64,000 nucleotides of DNA from Dicyema japonicum (GCA_011109175.1 RDEW01000003.1:2057761-2121760), one strand, 5' to 3'; positions 23,836 through 37,029 are shown, counted from the first letter of the stretch. Notes: generated from the sequence alone by a model not told the origin. Translations and numbers: made by a program.

Positions 23836-24769
23836 TTCTTAGTAGTTCGTGATATCTCACAGTGTTCAAACTATAAATAAATTATTTTTGCCGCCAAAAT
23901 AATTAAAATTATTTCTTAAGTTTTTATTTATTTTATTTCCATAAGATAACTGAATTAAAAGTGAAATGAAATATTCAGGAAAAAAAAAAAACTGGCAAAA
24001 ACTTTTATCAAATCTAAACAATTAAATATTATGAACGCATCTTCTATATTCCTCACAAAAAATTGAAAAGTTCTCCCCCCCTCTTTGTCGAAACTAAAAT
24101 TTCCCCTGGAAAGATAACTATTATTTTTAGATGCTATCAGAAACCAAAAGTCAACCTGCTGGATGGAATATCAATATTCATCCTTATAACTTAAGTCCCT
24201 TCGCTCCAACGGCTTTAACACAGATATATTACTTGTCGATAAATCGGAACTCCATCTAGCTCATCTGGAAGTTATCCAATATGTGATCGATCAAAGGATT
24301 CCTTCTCTTTCTTTTTATTAGCTTAATGATGATTCAGTCCGACAGGGGGAGGAAAATACTTGTGTAGGTTAAACTGGCGATAGATGGTGGCATCTAGCGT
24401 TCTCTCCAAGAGTTCTTGAAATGATTCTTAGTACTTTTTTAGATGTAAAAATAAGATAATGAAGGACTTGATTGGGTAATTGATCAAACCAAGTGTGTCC
24501 AACATTGGCTGTTCGGTAATTTCTGCAAGTTTTCCGCTTAGAAGTCAGAAGGCTATGTTGTGATTAATATATGTATTGAAATCCCCGAGGAACGAAATCG
24601 AACCCCTTTATGATATCCGCAGACACGAGGACAGATTTCCGGTGATGTTTTGGTAGGCAAACCCTTCAACAATAAATTGCTAGAGGTATTGACGTTGAAT
24701 AAAAGGCTCGAAGGCCGTAATGAATGCAAAATGTAAATATTTAATCTCAGATACCTTAGAGACTTATTG

Positions 24770-26260
24770 GTGAGGTGGTGACGTGCCTCGTTTCTTCTAA
24801 GTACAACGGTTAAGAAAAATGTCTAAAAAGCAGAAGATACAAGAGAATATGCTTGCCCTAAAGCTTCTTACATTCAATGCTAGAGGAATATCTCAGCCAA
24901 GAAATACTCTCTGTGATGACCTAGAAAGATATAACGTTTCTATTGGCTGTATACAAGAGACGAAAATTAGGTACTATCTCGATGAAAACCATGGAAAATA
25001 TCGACTAATATGCCTACCCAGTGACTCAAAACACTATGGTCTCGGATTCGCCATTCACAGAAAACTATCATCTGACATCAGTCGCATTTGGCGGGTGAAT
25101 GGACAGGATCTGCGAAATACATATTCGTCTGAACAACCAGTGTTCCCCTAAAAATACACTAACAATTATAAATGTATATGCGCCACACTGTGGAAGAGTG
25201 GCAAAAACATAACATTAAAAACAATAATAATGAAAATACAAGAAATGGTTACGCAACGGAAAAACTGATCTCTCATCCAGATACAGTCAAAAATTACCAA
25301 AAATACATCTGCTCTCATCTGAAGGACCTAACAGTAGGAATTTCTTGGGATCGCACAAAGAATATAATAAACGAAGCAGCAAGCCAGTACCTCGGCACGC
25401 GGGAGATGGCCAGTATGGGTCGGACGATACATACAGGAAAGCAAAGACCTTTGAAAAAACCAATTACAATTTTGGAAGTAAAAACAGCATGTCAAAAACT
25501 AAAAAATAACAGAAGCCCCGGACCAGATACGATAAACCCAGAATTACTTAAATACGGCCCTGACTCCCTTTTTGAAATAATCGCTACACTACTAAATGAA
25601 TTTTTTCAACAAATTCAACTTTACCCCTGGGAACGGGATTACTAATACCTATACAAAAACCCAATAGACCCAAAGGACCGGTTGAAAACTTACGACCAAT
25701 TATATTATCAAATTCTCTACGGAAAGTCTTAGCTAACCATGACAAACGCGGCATTACACAGGCTGAAAAACCTATGGCTAAAACGGAAAAAGAATAACAT
25801 AAAACAAAGGATACTGTTATACGGCATCTTTATCAAACCAATCCTCCTATACAACTCTGGGACCTGGGCCCCCTAAAAGGAGGAATTGAAGAGGCTAGAC
25901 TCGTTTCACAAAAATCACTTAAGAAACATACCTGGAATGTCCTGGCCATCTAAGATCTAGCGGAAAGTACTGTACAATAAGTGTGACTTTACACAATTAA
26001 ATCTCGAGATCATTACCTCTTGTTGGAAACTTTTTGGACACGTCCTGAGGTTGGATACGACTCCCCCCCCCCCAAATATCGCATTGGAAGATTTCTACTC
26101 CTCCAATGTAAAACGCTTCGTGGAAGACCGAGAATAACCTTCCCGGCCGTTTTACAAAACGATCTGAAAGCCGTGAAGAAAACATTGGCATCAGGTGACG
26201 ACCTGAACACACTGAGGGATCTGCCTAAGAACAGAAGAGTTTGGAGCAATCTAACTCTTT
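24770..26260 (+). mobile_element. Degraded, internally deleted RTE-clade LINE
   Basis: LLTFNARG...IGCIQETK...GLGFAIH (APE), SPGPDTINPELLKYG and LRPIILS (RT), C-terminal RGRPRITF...NRRVWS. Confidence 0.75.
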
Positions 26261-26879
26261 CTCTTATATTTTTTGCTGCACGTGCTATAAATATTATGGC
26301 TCTCGTGAAAGTGCTAATGCCTTAGAGACTGAGGATGAAGTAGACATCCCCACCAAACAGAGCAATGGAAAGCTACTATGTCTGTCAAGAGGGCCGTTTC
26401 GTTAAAGGCCGAATATAACTTTGCCTGTCGTCCTATAAAAGGACTTGAAAAAATGAATTGGAATTTACAGACAACTTGAACTCATTGAGAGCCCTGGATA
26501 ACAATAGAGGTGTGTGGAATCGACTGAATTGTTTCTTTTGCTGCGCATGTGAGGCTATAAGTGTTATGGCTCTCTTGAATGTGCTTAGTAATACATTAGG
26601 AACCATCTCTTTAGGATTCTGGAGAAGGAACATAGGACGGAAATTTGACGGTAAGAGCACGATTCATCGATAGGTTGTTCAGTTTGCGAGTTGGTCAATA
26701 TATGATTTTTCCATGTTTCTAGAATAACATTAGTTCGATCGTATGCTGAATATGGGAGTCATTAATTATAGTTTCTGAGAACCGATGTGCTTCAGCTCCG
26801 TGATGCTGTTCGGGTGTTTGTGACTCATGCCAAGTAAGCACGATCCAGTCATCTGATCTTTACGGTTTATAATAATACG

Positions 26880-27070
26880 CAGAGCCATATTACCAATAGC
26901 TCCTCCCAGGCAGGACATACACTTTATTTTAAATAAAAAACAGTTGTGATAACTAATCGATGAGGGAGAACCAAGAAATACTCTTCACTTCTTTTTTTCT
27001 TTTTGTTGGGTGGATTTCTTTGTAGACGACCCGGTTCCGCAGTGAGATGTTCACTGATGACGGCGTCACT
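26880..27070 (-). repeat. SINE-like family A, 3' part
   Basis: Matches 60610-60790 and the reverse complement of 9870-9975. Confidence 0.7.
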
Positions 27071-28057
27071 CAGAGTACTAAAAATGATTGACCTGACTAC
27101 AGGATAATTTTAGAGAACTTGGAAGAACGTCGTAACGACTTACAACCTTGACGTTAACTAAGATCATACACCTCAGTTTTTGGTGCTCACAGGGACTATC
27201 ATCGGATACGTTAGGATTATAACAGACAATCTTCCTAGTTCTTTCAACTTTAGGCTAGACAAGATCCTACGCTATCAGACACTTCCTCTGTTCTGAACAT
27301 CAGGTTTCCAGTGTCACTCAAGTCCGTTACCCCATCATCTTCAAGAGAAGAAGGAAAGCTTTCATTCCTCATAAAGCAAACAGATATTTCGTGCAATAAG
27401 GACTTCACCACCTGAACCTTTTTGTCAATTAACCACGTGGCTACATTATTAGAATTTTTCTATAAATTATATATCGATACCACATATAAACTAACTTTTA
27501 TGCCGATCAAATTACGATAGCAGTTCTCTAAATTACGTTATTATTGCCTTATAGTGGGCATAACCTCCCGTTCTCTGATCTTCTAAACTAAATGGTGGAC
27601 TAAGAAAAATTGGATACACGAAAATTGACTTAAGTGATCTCTTACACCCCTATTCACCTTAAACAAGATTATGTCAAACAAGTCAATTGATGCGGATGGG
27701 AAAACATTACCATTAAAGAAGTGACAAAAATCCTGGGAGTGATGTTCGATATAAAAATGTTTTTCTTGTGGTATGTTGGAAATGTACCAAAAAAATGTGA
27801 GAAAAAATCAACCTGAAAAGCCTATGGAAAATTGGGGAACCACCTCGTTCTAAAGGCGGCTACAAAAAATGGCTTTTGGAGTGATATTGAAGTAGTCTAC
27901 GGACAAAAAGAACATTATGTCGACATCCTAATCAGAATGAATAACAGAGGAGTCTGATACAACGTAATCAGAAGAGAACTTGACTCAAGTGATCTTTTAT
28001 AAGATCGAGGGAGGAACAGCTAGCCAAGATGAGAGCATGAATGAAATCTGTGGAATC

Positions 28058-28150
28058 ATGACGGCGTCACTAGTCAAGCCAAAGCATTGTAGATACGTGG
28101 AACCTTCAGCCGGAATGTACAGCAGCGAGATTCGAACTAGGGACCAAGAA
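28058..28150 (-). repeat. SINE-like family A, 5' part with B-box-like GTTCGAATC
   Basis: Matches 60800-60880; minus strand reads GGTCCCTAGTTCGAATCTCG. Confidence 0.6.
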
Positions 28151-28749
28151 TGAAGTGATGTACGGAAATGGATGAGTGTGGACCTACTTCTCCTCCTCTC
28201 TTCGAAAGCAGAGCCTGCAATGTACTATCAGAGGATCTCACATTACAAAGGTGGTTCCTCTTTGTAAATCAAAGAACAGAAACCGAAAGAATCACCAAAT
28301 CTACAGTGGAATAAATGAATTCCAGAGACACCCTGAAAACATGGTTCCACTGGGTGATAGTGAAGACTTATCAAGATGAAAAATACCGGCAACAAAAGGA
28401 TAAAATCCAAAACATGTGAGGCTGTATGCGAGCTCCTGCATATTGACACTCTTCTTTATAAAAAAACGTAATATGAGTGTCAAGCGACTTTAGCCTTCTG
28501 GAAATGGAACCAAGATCCCTTTCCTTTAAGGAGAAGCTTGGTTCACCAACACCGAAGGGAACGCCAAGAAAGGTTAAATTCGACATCGGTCGATGGTAGG
28601 GCTTGCCAACCGACTTCTACCCAGAAAAATATTATCAACTACAGGTAATTTTTGAAGATAAGTACCAGATACTTTTGTGCGTGTTTGAATCAAAGCAAAA
28701 TTCAGCTTTTCTCAAATTTATTTTATTTTAACCCAGAAATCACGAGAAA

Positions 28750-29700
28750 GAGGATAAAAGTTTTCGTCTAATTAAGTGATCCCTGTGTCCGTACCAGTCC
28801 TTTTTTTGCGGTTAGTTTTAGAGTCCTGGATTAATCTCCACAGCTGGGAAGGTTTCTTCTTATATCTTGGGCAGGAGTCTATATATAGTTTGATGTCCGG
28901 CCCGAGGGAATGGTCAGGGGACTTTACCATCTTGAGGAAGTCCCGATGACGTTCCGTAAAGTATTCCATGATTGAGGCGACGTTTAGTGTTCTCCGTTTT
29001 ATTGAGAATTAAGCCTTTCTTTTTTGAGTCGTACCATCCCTCAAAACCCTATAACATTCCAGGAAGTTATACGGAATGAAAGCATAAACAAAGGTCTCCG
29101 ACTCGAGCTTTAAGGAGGCTAAGGTATATCATAGTTTTCTTGCGAGGTATGTCTTGTAATGAGTTCCTTAGGTTAGCCAGCCTCCTAGTTACTTTTACCA
29201 GGTTGGACTTCTCATGTTCTACGGAAAGTTTTCATCTACCATCTTCAATCTGGTCCATGTATGTCTTTTACCGATTCTCAGATACCAAAAGGTTTAAAGA
29301 GACATCATAAATTATGACGTCGTCAGCGTATATCAAGACTTCTGTAAGTGGGTTTTCTGGGGAAGGCAATTCACTCATTACAAAGTTGAATTATAGGCCT
29401 GAGCACTGATCCATGAAGGACACTTCTCAGGCATAGCTTAAAAAATTGACAGTCGACCATCTGCCTGAGAGCAGACTTTTCTCAATGTCCATCTCTCAAA
29501 GCTTTGGATATGTCAAGGCAAACTGCGATCAAACACCCAGATTTCCAAGATTTACGTATCACAGGGATTCCAATGGGAAGAAATATGACACAACCTGATT
29601 CTCCACATAAAGAGATACCCCAAATATTCATAGAAAGATTGGGCTGTTTCCTTGAACAAGCGAATACCGATTTTGTTCCTTTTAAGAGCATTGTCTTTAA
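28750..29700 (-). mobile_element. Degraded LINE reverse transcriptase
   Basis: IAVCLDISKA and LIYADDV in broken frames. Confidence 0.6.
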
Positions 29701-29868
29701 TGTATTTTATTGCACTTTTAGCTTCTCCCGCATTATAGGACTCGACTTAATAGTAAAGAATTGGAGAGTTTTTTCAGACTTTTATTTTAGTGAACAACTC
29801 AAATATTCTTAACTTTTTTTAATCTGCATATTTCTTGATGATTGTTATTATTTCCATCTCTACCATCT

Positions 29869-30700
29869 CTAGAAGCATACAGTCGAAAGAGACGTCCGAA
29901 ACCTTTTGGCCCTCTTTTTTGAAGAGGCGGAAGTTCTACAAGCATCCTGAAAAATGATCTTCAGGCTTCTCACTCTTGGATTTAGTCTGCAAAACAAAAA
30001 TGTACCCATTGCGGTTCCAGACGTCGTGTTCTTTTCGATATAAATATCAACCAGTTTGTTATCAGCATTTAACAACTCCAGTCCGGGTCACGGCTAATTC
30101 GTCTAAAAAAAATTTGTCTAAAACAATCGTCCAATTAACAATTCGTCTAAATCGTCATGTTTGGAAATTTATCGAGTGTCTAAAAAAACAAAATTTGAAT
30201 GAATCATTATTCAAACAATTTGTAGCTGGAAGAGAGGTACAATCCCCAAAAAAGTGTTTTCGCGTAAGTGCTTCACGCATAAAAAGAATTGTTGAATTTT
30301 AGATTTGACAATATAAATAAATATAACTCACAATATTTCTTTTAAATTTTTTTTTAAAATAGGAAATCTTGAATAAATTGATTTAATTGTTGTTAGAGAG
30401 ACATGACGAATTGTTAATTAGACGAATTGATATTAGACAATAGACGAATTGTTTTAGATGATTTTTCTGGTTACCCTCCAGTCCGGAACTGAACCTTTCA
30501 TCAGAATAGAAGTAATGGCAATATTCCCTATGTTTATGTGATTGGAAAAATGGCGGACATTTTTGCGTCAAAATTCGAGTACATTTGGGCTGAAAAATCA
30601 AAGTGTATGGGAGAGTTTAGATTTTCCTAACACTTTCGACGGCCTCAGTTTCAATCCACATGACAGGTCGAAGCACCTTCTTATCCATGTCTCCTGTGTT
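29869..30700 (-). CDS. Possible small gene of unknown function, interrupted by a MITE
   Basis: Removing 30086-30475 plus one TSD joins ...YSDERFSSGLE to LLNADNKLVDIYIEK in frame. Confidence 0.35.
30086..30475. mobile_element. 390-bp MULE-like MITE with tandemly repetitive TIRs and 10-bp TSD
   Basis: CTCCAGTCCG at 30076-30085 and 30476-30485; ends GGTCAC / GTTACC; subterminal AATTCGTCTA repeats in inverted orientation. Confidence 0.8.
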
Positions 30701-30799
30701 TATTTCTTACAAAATAGCCTTTGCTGACAAGAAACCACCGTAGCAAGTCAAATTACTGTCCTGCAGTCAATGTCCTCCCCTTAACCAAGCAAGATATTA

Positions 30800-32175
30800 T
30801 GTCACATGGGCCAAGCGATACCTATGGGCTGCCTGTTACATTAACCTTGAACCAAGATTGACTTCAATTAATTTTATAAATGATTTATTAACCACAAAAA
30901 ATTAAATTTAAGTAACTTTTTTTAGTCTACTCATTAATACAGTCGATATTTCTTCTTTCGATTTTTTGTCTATCAAATTAAATTATTTAAAACTACCTTC
31001 ACGCGATTATTCGATAAAATATTAATTATTTCTGCAACTGGATAATACTGAGACTCAAACTTATCCAGTCGCAATGAGGGATTTGTTCCAAAGTCTTTTT
31101 TAGCCCGAACCTATTAATGTTTTTAATTCATACTTTATCTCCCATGTTAAAAGTATATTTACTGTTATGAACATTCATTTTCATAGCTTTGTAATAATTA
31201 GAATTTTCTTCAATCGATTTAATTTCGAAATTGAATCTCTTCGTATTCGGACACAAATTATCTGACTGGTAATTATCTAGATATAAATTTTTTAAATCAA
31301 ACTACGTGAATTTTCAATAGATTCTTGAACAATTAACCAAATCGTCAATTTGTTCTGGAATCGCACACTCATCACTTAAATTATCTAAGTCATAATGTGA
31401 TATAAGTATAACCATTAATTATTGAATTTATTCCCTTAATTCCCTCGATATCGTTCTACTATATATGTCAATGACCGTTAAAATCCATTTGAAATTTTCA
31501 TTTAATGGTTGAAAATTAGATCTACCTGAAAACGTTCATTTGGGGAAGAAGCAAACACATGGTGATTTATATCTCCAATTATAAAAAATCACAAACTTTT
31601 AAAGGACGCGAAAATTTGCAGACTTCAAAATTTCGAATGACTTTTCTGATAATCTCATTCTTTACAGTGAAGTATCTGTCGACATTCATACTCAATTTTA
31701 TTGACTCCTCCGTGTGAAAAATCGTGCAACGATTTCGCAACATGCTCCATTTCGGTTTCATTATCCAGGGATATGACTAACTTGAAATCAGTTGATTTAA
31801 GATAGTCTAAAATTATTGCAAATTAACAAAACCTGTCATTGATAATGAAAAAATTCTCTATCTTCTTTACAAGACTATATTTTCAGTGCCTCAGAAGATT
31901 TTCGGGAAATTTATCATGCAAAGCATCTTTTAAAGTTTGATATTCTTTCACAAAACCCCTGTAAGAAGACATTGCAACAAAATAATCTTCCATGCTATAA
32001 ATCACGCTAGAAATCTAGGTTTACCGCTATAAAAAATAAAATCTTTATAATCATAACATTTATGAATAAAAAACTAATTTAACAGGATTAAATCACGATA
32101 TAAATCGGATATACAAAATTAAATGTCAAAAAAATGTAACAGGCTGCCCATGCATTACGCGCCGCCCATGTGACA
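30800..32175 (-). mobile_element. Ginger-like (integrase-type) DNA transposon, decayed
   Basis: 41-bp TIRs starting TGT and ending ACA (30800-30840, 32135-32175; 32/41 identical). Flanks TATTA / TATTT. Internal remnants HDFSHGGVNKIE...RKVIRNFEVC (H2C2-like), HVFASSPNERFQVDL (integrase core start) and FNMGDKV (SH3-like tail). Confidence 0.7.
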
Positions 32176-32737
32176 TATTTTGCTATTCATCACAAATTAA
32201 GCAACTTACATTTCCTTGCAAAAATTTGAAATGTTCCCAAATTTTTGGCATCAGAAACATCTGGTTACATGTTTCCTATACCATTCAAAAATGAATTCTC
32301 TGGAAGCCGAGCAGCATGCCCATCCTCAAAAGTGACGTGGCTTCCGCTCTTGATTTCAGAGTTAATTTTCCTTTGAGGCTCACCAGTCATTCGTGAAACG
32401 TTGGAAAGAGAAACCAAGTTGTAGAGTTTATGCTATGTAAGTATCCAAGTCATCATCTGAGACCCAAGAAGGATTTCCATAGCAACTGCGGAAGGATATA
32501 GGATGGATGTGGAAAACATGTGCATCAATATCGAATAGAGCGTTCAAACCAAAGTCACCGACACAGTTCTCATATCCTTTTTTGAGGCAAAATCAAGCGT
32601 AAATATGCCTGATTTGCTTAGTGTACTTTCCAGTCGCTGAGTCGTATAAAATGGTAATAATTAAGCAAGTCAACAAATAAAGCCGATAAAAATAATCTCA
32701 CCAAGGTTAGCAAATTAGTAAATAGAGTAATACCATT

Positions 32738-34440
32738 TCACTCACGGACTGACCGTTTCACTTTATCGTATACCTCAGGAAAGGCATCCTCACACATATA
32801 AGCCCTCCTAACACTATCATACAACTCATGGTAAACATAGCCCTAAACTCATCCCTCGTGGCATAACAGTCACTATACAACATTTGATAACTACTAATAA
32901 CACAAAGACCACCCATTCATATCCCTCACAAACTTCTCTAGAGACCTCACAGACGTCGTATTATCAAATCCTTCAGAGCGCACAGGCCCATATGACCCCA
33001 CATCAACAAACATCTCACAGTTTTCAGCAGGTTTTATGAAGCCGGGATTATTTTTAACGAGCATAGGACACAACCAGAGCGGATAAACCTTAATAATGAT
33101 AACCAAAACCCTCAGTTTATTATCCAGAAAGTCGATGACCTTTCCCAAGCAGTCGATGGGGACCAGCATATCCTGAATTAACTGATGCTGCTCACTGATC
33201 TGTTTTATCCATTTATTCTGCGTGAGTTTTAACAGAGATATTTTTAACGGGTAAATCCAGCCAAGCAGCCAACGAAAGAATACGTTATTCCCAAATGGTA
33301 TGATCTCCTAGGGGGTCTACCAGAGATATCTACTTTGGCCTGCCAGAACAGTCCTCGACTGTGTCTGTGATAGTACTGACTCAATGGAATCATCTCTGTG
33401 GTCACTTTCGAGGAGCTCAATTTTTTCTCCACATGGGTGTAAAACCAGGGCTTATACCAGCTGTTTATGTTATTAACCTACATAACTTAAACAAAAACCG
33501 GATAGTGAGGATCTCCGTCACTTAGTTCACCAGTCATGAGGACTCCGCAGTCCCGACTATATAGAAGACACTCAACAAAATGTGAAGGGTTGGGGCACGT
33601 GGAAACGTCGGTAAATCGCCTACAGATATCTTCCGTGCTTCGCAATGGCTCATAGGCCAATTTTACGTATTTCTTGCACGGAATTATCCTTATTTCCACG
33701 GAGACGAGGAATCCCAACGTGCCATAAGACCACGGAATTGAGTAAAAGAGGTCAGCCTTGTCGTTCTAAACGTGCTATTCTCAAGTACCTCAGAACAGTG
33801 AAGTACGCGGCCATGAGAAGTCACAATGTCATATGAAACCGCACAGTGCTGGAATAAACCGTAAATATGAGAAGAGGACTCGATTCCCGTACCCAGAATG
33901 AGACCACCAGACGTAAATAAACGACAAACCGACGGTGAGATCGTCCAACTCGGGCAGAACGGTCAGTGTGTACCCAAGAGGGGTCAAATATTCTGAGATC
34001 TGTTTCATGGAGACACGTGGTTCGACTTCCAGAGTATTTTTGTCAACGTTGAGTTTTATTATTTTGTTTAGTTCGACTTCGATGTTGCAGTACTTTGACT
34101 TGTATTTTGAATCCTTCACGGAGACCGTCTTCCACGATGGTTTTGATGTACACATGAAGTTTTGTCGTCCTTCCTGATTCCATTTCACCACCTTTATGGT
34201 AAAATCGCGGAAAACCTGCTTAACTACCATTTCCACGTTCTTTTCGTGAGTACTCTCACAAGAGCGTATGGAGTTTAATTTATTTAATATAAAAAAGACA
34301 AATTCGAATATCATTGATGCCGGAATTAAGAAAATACAGACAAATATCCATCGGTAATGTTTGAGGAAATATGCCGGTCCCTTTGTAAGATATTCATAAC
34401 ATAGAAATATCGTGGAGATTCCTAGCAAAGATGAAAGCAT
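32738..34440 (-). CDS. DHCR24: Delta(24)-sterol reductase
   Basis: YRWIFVCIFLIPAS, VEPRVSM, VLPELDDLTVG|GLILGTGIESSSHIYGLFQH, LFYSIPWSYGTLGFL, YYHRHSRGLFW, IIPFGNNVFFRWLLGW, VYPLWLCP, AFPEVYDKV. One missing base near 32830 and one non-AG intron end. Confidence 0.92.
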
Positions 34441-35079
34441 TTTATTTAAATTTAAAAATTTTATTATTATTTTTTTTTTAATTTTTACTAATAAATATTT
34501 ATTAAATATCGCATGCCATCGTGCAGGCCGTGTGATCATGTCCAGCCAAAGTCTTTAAGCTTAACAGCCCAAAACTGATGTTTAAACAAATTTCTCGACT
34601 CATATATGAATGTAAACTACACAAAAATCGTCAGAGAAAAATGTTGATAAATTTAGAGTAGTATATAGTAAAAAATTTTAACTCTATTGTGGATGGGCCG
34701 AAGTTGATGTATACACATTCCAGTTAAAAAATCAATCATTTAAATCGAATATTATTCAAAATCTAAAAAAAGATTTTTTACTTAGTGATTAAACATTGGT
34801 TGTGAGATGTTCAAACTTAAGAATTTGTCCGGACGCGATGGCATGCGACAATAAATAATTGGTTATTTGTTAAAATTGACAGTATCGCAAATAAATGAAA
34901 CAATTTCAGTGTCATGTTATGGACATGAGCTACTTGCATCGTATGGACGTCAGCGCCCAGTGCTCTGTACACATGTAGGACAGTGTCGTTGTTTTGAGAA
35001 CGTTCGTATATAAAGAGAGCGTAAAGTTTAAGCTTATGAACGTCTTCTGACTATGTAGATCGCTCATATCTGCGGCATG

Positions 35080-36560
35080 TCAATTTGACACCATTTGTGG
35101 TCTCATTTTAATGAATTTCGTCGACGATACATTTTTTTCATTCTTGACACAAAATTTTTGAAATTTCGATGTCATTGAGTAGAATGCTACTAGTAGCTCA
35201 TTATGCACTAATAGACGAGTTCGACATTTATTTCATTGCATTTAGTCCAGAAAATCCAGTTTCGCATAAATATGAGGTAACTAATGGCAAAAACTTTCAT
35301 TGTTTTATCGACAAATTTCACATTCCTTACATCGATTAACCAAAAATGAATTAGTTCTTCTCTCAAATTTTTGTTTCAATAATGTATCACATGACAATTC
35401 TATCATTTTTTCTTTTTCAAAAAAATGTCGATACAAATTCACATCTTCTCATCAGTAAATGGATTTTGTATCCATGCGAACGTTTCACAGTGCGATCCTT
35501 AAAATAATGAGCAAAATGCTTCAACAAACAATCCAAATGCTCAGCAAATATGTTTTAGTCGCTTGAAAATTGCGATCTAACTAAGTATGACGTCTCTGTC
35601 TGCTGTCTACAAGAGACAAAAACGACCGTATAATGTACAGAACTGTTTGGAAAATTCCACCTTTTTATCTTCCCGTCGGCCTGCCGACATTATGGTCTCA
35701 AATTTGCAGTCCATCAGGACCTGATTCACTATGTTACAAGGGTGTGGACAGCATCTGGTATTATAATGGAAATGGCGGACGACCCGGACTACCTAAGAGA
35801 ACTAGTGCGCAACAGAAGATCATGGTCGAAGCTAACGGAGAGGATGGTTCGGAATACGGCACAAGGGAAACTTAACTATTTTTATGTTTTCTCGGGAGTG
35901 CTTTTTAATAATGATATCGACTATGACACAAAAAGTATTTAACAGTGGGAACATGTCATAGATATTTTCTGTTTAGATTTCCATAGCTCCAATTTTTAAT
36001 GAATGCTTTTACTTTGTCTTTTTGGAATGAATGCATTTGTGGTCCCTGCATAGATTTATTCAATACATTCAGTTTCCAAAAGCCAAATAGGCAAATTTAC
36101 ACTTTGCAAAAAGCTTAGCTTTTAAGAGACTGTGTTTGGTGTTTATAACTTTTTTAATTTTTGTAAAAATATTGTTAAGTTCTGGACTCGTATTCTTCTG
36201 CGTAATTTCTGCTGCTCTGTTTTTTACAAGAGCTTGAAGACCAGATTTGTATCTTGACATTGACTGTGCTCCGTCTGTACAAAGTCCAACACAATTAATC
36301 CATTTTATGTTGCTCTCTTCAAAAAAGTGTATCAATATTATCAAAAATATTATTGGCTGTGATCCTTCCTGGAAATGGTTTGCAAAATAATAGATCTTCT
36401 ATTATACTACTTTCTGTAGCGTCTGGCTATCGAACTCTTCTAATTTTCTTTAAAAAATTCTTCGGACTTCAGAATGAATGTTTCATAATGTCCTTTTAAT
36501 TTGCATGGCCTCATACTATCTGGTGAAGTGTTTTGAAACAAAGCAAACAGAGGGGTATTT
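35080..36560 (-). mobile_element. Degraded hAT (Charlie/ZBED5-like) transposase, no introns seen, interrupted by an RTE-like fragment
   Basis: FCKPFPGRITANNIF, CVGLCTDGAQSM, LNVLNKSMQG, KVKAFIKKLELWK, FLPLVTSYLCETGFS. Confidence 0.7.
35587..35915 (+). mobile_element. RTE-like LINE 3' fragment (near-identical to 5770-6105)
   Basis: Direct sequence match to 5770-6105. Confidence 0.6.
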
Positions 36561-36619
36561 CAAAGGAATCTGAATGCTAACAATAAGTAGGATGGAGGAA
36601 TTTATCCATGCTGTAATAC

Positions 36620-37016
36620 TCAAGAATTTATCCATGCTGTTGATCTAATTTTCGATTCTGGTTGCTGAAACAACTCCGAGAGCGCCTTGTCCAGTTGAAC
36701 CCTCTGCCCATATGGCATCTCCGGGCTCTGTCTCCTATACTCCAGTGTCAGACTCTCTATGGCCCGCTTTAATACAGTGGACTGTAGATACGCCTGGAGC
36801 TTCCTATCTACCCCCAACTGCTTCAGATAACCCTTGTGGTACTTTGTTGCAATCCCTTCTTACGTCATTACTATTGAAATAACGAGGACCTCGCAACCAA
36901 GCATCTGCCCCATCTCGTTTGCACGAGTCCGCGCCTCCCATTTTGGAATCCTCTCGTTTAACCAAGTTGTATAGTAGCTTTGAAGTTATGTAGTGTTTAT
37001 CAAGTTTTTTAATCAC
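36620..37016 (-). mobile_element. Possible RLE-type non-LTR retrotransposon remnant
   Basis: GC-rich broken ORFs (GADAWLRGP...) loosely resembling the post-RT region of R2/R4-type elements; weak. Confidence 0.3.
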
Positions 37017-37029
37017 TTCATTATAAATA

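Noticed and set aside
24375-24400. CTCF-like site in GATAGATGGTGGCATCTA
   Set aside because: Only a loose match to the consensus, single occurrence, no supporting context.
24580-24610. tRNA gene from GGGGTTCGATTTCG on the minus strand
   Set aside because: The T-stem does not pair and no cloverleaf or A-box can be built; no complete tRNA or rRNA gene was found in the window.
30086-30485. MITE acting as an introner (spliced out using GTAACC and the TSD's GAG)
   Set aside because: Splicing from the minus-strand GTAACC donor to either available AG leaves a +1 frameshift.
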